Assembly: GCA_965262725.1 (NCBI GenBank)
Contig: OZ253555.1
Coordinates: 3,040,001 to 3,104,000 of the forward strand
DNA from: Dehalococcoidia bacterium
GTDB lineage: Bacteria; Chloroflexota; Dehalococcoidia; UBA2979
Direction of reading: 5' to 3'
Length of the DNA: 64,000 nt
In this document: one piece after another, positions 59,826 through 64,000 of the stretch
How the letters are laid out: the number at the start of each line of letters is the position of its first letter
Position numbering within the stretch: the stretch's first letter is position 1
The notes under the pieces: generated by a model
The model's input: the letters and a program-made list of their open reading frames with translations, nothing else
Told to the model about the DNA's origin: nothing
The model's database searches: none
Translations under genes and position numbers: made by a program

Positions 59826-61022
59826 CTAAGCTAGGGCGAGCATGCGCTGGAGCGCGCGGCGCGCGTGCTCCTTCTGCTGCTCCGGCACCTCGATCCGGTT
59901 CACGACGCGCCCCTCCGCGAGCTCCTCCATCACCCACGCGACGTAGGCCGGATGCACGCGGTACATCGTGCTGCACGGACAGACGACGGGGTCGAGGCAG
60001 AAGACGGTCTTGTCCGGGTTCTCGTTGGCGAGCCGGGAGACGAGGTTGATCTCGGTCCCGACGCCGATCACGGAGCCCGCGGGGGACTCCTCGACGTAGC
60101 GCACGATGTAGGCGGTGGAGCCGACGGCGTCGGCTGCGCGTACCACCTCGGCGCGGCACTCGGGGTGCACCACCACGCGCACGCCGGGATGCTGCTCGCG
60201 GGCGCGCTCCACCTGCGTGAGCGAGAAGCGCTGGTGCACGGAGCAGTGGCCCTCCCAGAGGATGACGCGAGACCGGCGAAGTTCCGTCGCGGAGAGGCCG
60301 CCCCGGCTCCCCGGGGGGAGTCGCCAGTTCCACAGCGCCATGTCCCCCTCCGGTATCCCCATCGCGTGCGCGGTGTTGCGGCCGAGGTGCTGGTCCGGGA
60401 AGAAGAAGACGCGACGCCCGCGCTCGAGCGCCCAGGCGAGCACGTTTCCGGCGTTCGAGGAGGTGCAAACGATACCGCCGTGCTCGCCACAGAAGGCCTT
60501 GAGCGCGGCGGCGGAGTTCATGTAGGTGACGGGGACGATCCCCGCGGTGCCGCCGAACTCCTCCGAGAGCTCCCGCCAGGCGCCGAGCACGTCCGGCTGC
60601 GCCGCCATGTCCGCCATCGAGCAGCCGGCCGCGAGGTTCGGCAACACGACCTGCTGGTGGGGGGCGGAGAGGATGTCGGCTGCCTCCGCCATGAAGTGCA
60701 CGCCGCAGAAGACGATGTACTCCGACGCCGGGTGCGAGGCGGCGTAGCGCGCGAGATCGAAGGAGTCGCCGCGCCGGTCCGCGAACTGGATCACGTCCTC
60801 GCGCTGGTAGTGGTGGCCGAGCACGACCGCCCGCTGGCCGAGCACCGCGCGCGCAGCGCGCACGCGCTCCACGAGCTCCGCGCCGCCGAGGCCGTGGTAG
60901 CGCTCGGGGATGTCTATCTGCCAGCTCGCGAAGGCGCCCTCGCTCGCGAGCGGGACGGTGGCGATGCCGACGTCGGACTCGCACTGCAACTGCGGCAGCG
61001 GCGGCGTCGCCATCATCGTCAT
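59826..61022 (-). CDS. nadA: Quinolinate synthase
   Basis: GHHYQ, FCGVHFMAE, AGCSMA, HPEC and CSTM. Confidence 0.96.
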   Translation of the reverse strand: MTMMATPPLPQLQCESDVGIATVPLASEGAFASWQIDIPERYHGLGGAELVERVRAARAVLGQRAVVLGHHYQREDVIQFADRRGDSFDLARYAASHPASEYIVFCGVHFMAEAADILSAPHQQVVLPNLAAGCSMADMAAQPDVLGAWRELSEEFGGTAGIVPVTYMNSAAALKAFCGEHGGIVCTSSNAGNVLAWALERGRRVFFFPDQHLGRNTAHAMGIPEGDMALWNWRLPPGSRGGLSATELRRSRVILWEGHCSVHQRFSLTQVERAREQHPGVRVVVHPECRAEVVRAADAVGSTAYIVRYVEESPAGSVIGVGTEINLVSRLANENPDKTVFCLDPVVCPCSTMYRVHPAYVAWVMEELAEGRVVNRIEVPEQQKEHARRALQRMLALA

Positions 61023-61076
61023 CCCGCCATCCCCACCCCGCCAGCCACTCGCTTCGCCGATCGTCCCTTGATGCCT

Positions 61077-61099
61077 CTTCGTGTACCTGATACACAAAG
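61077..61099. promoter_or_regulatory. NrtR operator upstream of nadA
   Basis: Near-perfect palindrome CTTCGTGTACCTGATACACAAAG containing the GT-N7-AC core. Confidence 0.75.
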
Positions 61100-61169
61100 C
61101 GATGAGGCTAGATGGTACGGCGCGGGCGCCCCGACGGTCAACGCTCCCCGGGCGTGGGCAACTGGCCGC

Positions 61170-61865
61170 CTACAGGAAGACGGGCTCGCGCGTGGTGAAG
61201 CGATAGAGGCGGGCGGGTCGGTGGGCGCCGCGCCGGCGCAGCTCGCCGGTCGGCTCGATGATGCCGGCGCCGAGCATGCGCTTGCGGAAATTGCGGCGAT
61301 CGAGCGAGCGGCCGGCGATCGCCTCATAGATGCCTTGGAGCTCGGGCAGCGTGAACTCCTCCGGCAGCAGCCCGTACGCCACGTTCGTGTACTCGAGTTT
61401 CGCCCGGACGCGCGAGACGGCCTGCGCGATCACCTCCTCGTTTCGGAAGGCGAGATCGGGGAGCGTATCCACGCCGTGCCAGTCGGGCCGCCACGTCTCG
61501 CCGCTACGCAGCCTGACCGTTCCCGCCTCGACCAGCGCGACGTAGCAGACGGCGACGGCCGCCGGCTGCGTCGCGTCGAGGCCGGAGGTCGTGAAGAGCT
61601 GCTCCAGATAGAGGTCGGTCGCGCCGGTCTCGTCGACGAGCTTGCGCTGCGCGGCCCCCTCCAGCGTCTCGGTGCCGTCCCAGCGCCCGCCGGGGAGTGC
61701 CCAGCTCCCGCCCGCGGGTGGCGCGGATCGCCTGACGAGCAGGACGCGCAGCCGCCCGTCGCGCACGGTGAAAATGACGACGATCGTCGCCACGAGGGCG
61801 TGGACGCCCGGGCCGCCCGACCGCTCATCCGCGATCGGCCCCGGGTGCACGGCGCCGCCGTCCAC
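61170..61865 (-). CDS. nrtR: NrtR (Nudix + winged HTH) NAD regulator
   Basis: WALPGG, YLEQL, FTLPELQ..YE, LDRRNFRK and HRPARLY; adjacent to nadAC. Confidence 0.9.
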   Translation of the reverse strand: MDGGAVHPGPIADERSGGPGVHALVATIVVIFTVRDGRLRVLLVRRSAPPAGGSWALPGGRWDGTETLEGAAQRKLVDETGATDLYLEQLFTTSGLDATQPAAVAVCYVALVEAGTVRLRSGETWRPDWHGVDTLPDLAFRNEEVIAQAVSRVRAKLEYTNVAYGLLPEEFTLPELQGIYEAIAGRSLDRRNFRKRMLGAGIIEPTGELRRRGAHRPARLYRFTTREPVFL

Positions 61866-61873
61866 GACGCCGC

Positions 61874-63211
61874 CTAGAGCACCGCGAGCGTTAGGTCGTC
61901 AGCTCGCCGGCCCTGGAGCGACCACGGGCTCACCTCATCCACGTCGACCTCGACAAGCTGGCCGACGAGGCCCGGCCCATCGAAGTGCACGAGTTGGCCG
62001 CCCCTCGCGCGGCCGCTCGAGCGCCCCTCCTTCTCCCGCTCCACTAGCACCTCGAGGCGGCTGCCGAGCAGCGGCTGGTTGTGGTGCGCCGCCGACTCGG
62101 CGTGGAGGCGCTCGATGACCTGCAAACGCTCCCGCTTCACCTCCCGGGGAACGTCGTCCTCCATCTTGCGGGAGGCGTAGGTGCCGGGCCGTGGCGAGTA
62201 GGCGGCGGCGTGGATCACGTTGAAGCGCGTCCGCTCCAGAAGCTCGACCGTCGCGCGGAACTCTCCCTCGGTCTCGCCGGGACAGCCGACGATCACGTCG
62301 GTGGCAAGGGACGCGTGCGGCATGCACTCGCGGATCCGCGCCACGCGCTCCTCGAACTGCGAGACCGTGTAGCCGCGCCGCATCCGCGCGAGCATCGAGT
62401 CGGAGCCCGACTGCACCGGGATGTTGAAGTGCTCGCAGACGCGCGGGAGGTCGGCGACGGCCTCGACGATGCGGTCGGTCATGTCGCGCGGGTAGGAGGT
62501 GAGGAAGCGGATACGGTCGATCCCCTCGACGCGCTCGATCCCCTCGAACAGCGTCGCGAGGTCGGGGCGCGCACTTGCTCCGGCGCCCGGCTCGAGGTCG
62601 TTGCCGTAGGCCTCCACGGTCTGCCCGACGAGCGTCACCTCCCGGACGCCGCGCTCGGCGAGGTATGAAACCTCGCCGAGCACCTCCGCCACCGGCCGTG
62701 AGCGCTCGCGGCCGCGACGCAGGGGGACGATGCAATAGGTGCACATCTTGTCGCAGCCGTGCACCACCGGAACGTAGGCGGTCGGACCCTCGGGGCGGCC
62801 GTAGGTCGACGGCCAGAACTCTCCCTCCGAGACGTCCCGCAGCGTCAGGGGATCGAGGGCGCCGGCCGAGCGCGCCGCCTCCAGGATCGGATCGAACTGC
62901 TGCGGTCTGGCCCACGCATCGACGAACGGGAAGCGTCTGGCGAGCACCTCCGTGCGCGGGCCAACCATGCAACCCATCACCGCGAGTGTGAAGCGCTCCC
63001 CCCGGCGCTTGCGTTTCGCGAGGACGCCGAGGCGCGAGTAGGCGCGGTCCTCGGCGTGCTGCCTGACGGAGCAGGTGTTGATGACCACGAGGTCGGCCTC
63101 GGCGTCGGAGGGAGCCGCCTCGAATCCGAGGCGTTCGAGGCCCGCGGCGAGCTTGAGAGAGTCCGCCTGGTTCATCTGGCAACCGAGCGTCCAGATATGG
63201 TAGCGCGCCAT
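61874..63211 (-). CDS. miaB: tRNA-2-methylthio-N6-dimethylallyladenosine synthase
   Basis: TLGCQMN, NTCSVR, CDKMCTYC, PVQSGSD and YSPRPGT; TRAM domain. Confidence 0.93.
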   Translation of the reverse strand: MARYHIWTLGCQMNQADSLKLAAGLERLGFEAAPSDAEADLVVINTCSVRQHAEDRAYSRLGVLAKRKRRGERFTLAVMGCMVGPRTEVLARRFPFVDAWARPQQFDPILEAARSAGALDPLTLRDVSEGEFWPSTYGRPEGPTAYVPVVHGCDKMCTYCIVPLRRGRERSRPVAEVLGEVSYLAERGVREVTLVGQTVEAYGNDLEPGAGASARPDLATLFEGIERVEGIDRIRFLTSYPRDMTDRIVEAVADLPRVCEHFNIPVQSGSDSMLARMRRGYTVSQFEERVARIRECMPHASLATDVIVGCPGETEGEFRATVELLERTRFNVIHAAAYSPRPGTYASRKMEDDVPREVKRERLQVIERLHAESAAHHNQPLLGSRLEVLVEREKEGRSSGRARGGQLVHFDGPGLVGQLVEVDVDEVSPWSLQGRRADDLTLAVL

Positions 63212-63261
63212 GCGGAAACCTCCCGGCGCCCGCCCGTGCGGGCGCGATCGGTGCTTGGGGA

Positions 63262-63351
63262 TGGCGGAGGGGGTGGGAGTCGAACCCACGACCCCGAAAC
63301 CGGGGTAAGCGCTTAGCAGGCGCCCGCACTAGGCCACTATGCGACCCCTCC
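63262..63351 (-). tRNA. tRNA-Ser(GCT)
   Basis: GGAGGGG acceptor stem, anticodon loop CT-GCT-AA, long variable arm, GTTCGAC T-loop and encoded CCA. Confidence 0.95.
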
Positions 63352-64000
63352 GCGCCGCGTCGATCCTAGACCGTACGTGGTGACCGGCGCCAATGCGCTC
63401 TGCGGGGGTGCGGCGGCATCCGGCGGACCAGTGAGCACACGCCGCCCACGCGACGGCGCCACCCGCCCCGAGGCGGTTCGAGTGCGTCGGGCGCATACCC
63501 GAGCGCCTCGGGGACGAACGCGCCTCAGGGAGGAGCCCCTCTCGTGAGTCGAAGCGGCCCGAGGGGACGGCACGGGACCGCCCTTGCCCATCCCTCGACC
63601 TCCGAGATGCCGTCCTCGTGGGCCGCATCCGCACGACGGTGAGCACGGTCGAATTCTCGACGACAGAACCGTTCGCGTTCGGTGCCGTGGTCGCTCCTTC
63701 AGCGGCGCGGATCGACCCGGGCCAAGTGGGGGGGCGGGCGGCAGATGGGAGGACGACGAGGGCCAACTGAGGTGAGAGCAACAACGGGACCTGAGGCGGG
63801 CACCCGCCCGCCCCGCTGGCGAGCAACGTCCATCTGGTGCCCGGATGGATCGCGGCGACTTCGGCCGCCAACGCGCTCTTCTGGCTCGCAACGTGGACGC
63901 TCTACCACTGTAGTCCGCCGTTCGCGGACACGGTGGTCGCTGTCGTGGCCAAGATGAGCCGCGGCCTGTTCATCGGCGTCCTCATGATGCTGCGCGTGTC

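Noticed and set aside
63352-64000. Genes or an island next to tRNA-Ser
   Set aside because: No convincing ORF, integrase or tRNA 3' duplication. Only a possible CDS start at 63955 is visible, too short to call.

Overview
This is a very GC-rich bacterial chromosomal window. Gene content, the short EF-Ts and the GAAC-N4-GTTC-type operator suggest Chloroflexota/Dehalococcoidia (inference). Most of it is housekeeping: addB-addA, dcd, proVWX, leuS, coaD-rsmD, htrA, greA-lysS, serS, rpsB-tsf-frr-uppS-cdsA-dxr-rseP-ispG-proS, dtd, nrtR-nadA-nadC, miaB and tRNA-Ser(GCT). Three mobile elements are present. (1) An 862-nt ORF-less group II intron splits a DUF429 (RNase H-like) gene inside its EVYPH motif; splicing restores an intact 279-aa ORF. 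(2) An IS110 has a nonsense-disrupted recombinase and a retained upstream non-coding (bridge-RNA-type) region. (3) An IS1380 lies upstream of greA. Other notable items are a 7Fe-ferredoxin / 2-TM / PD-(D/E)XK-like fusion protein, a stand-alone AddB N-terminal fragment that appears complementary to the addB portion at the window start, a LexA-box-controlled small membrane protein, a candidate 6S-like structured RNA, an NrtR operator, a 1-nt frameshift in proS, and the absence of pyrH and nadB from their usual clusters. No CRISPR array or rRNA was seen.
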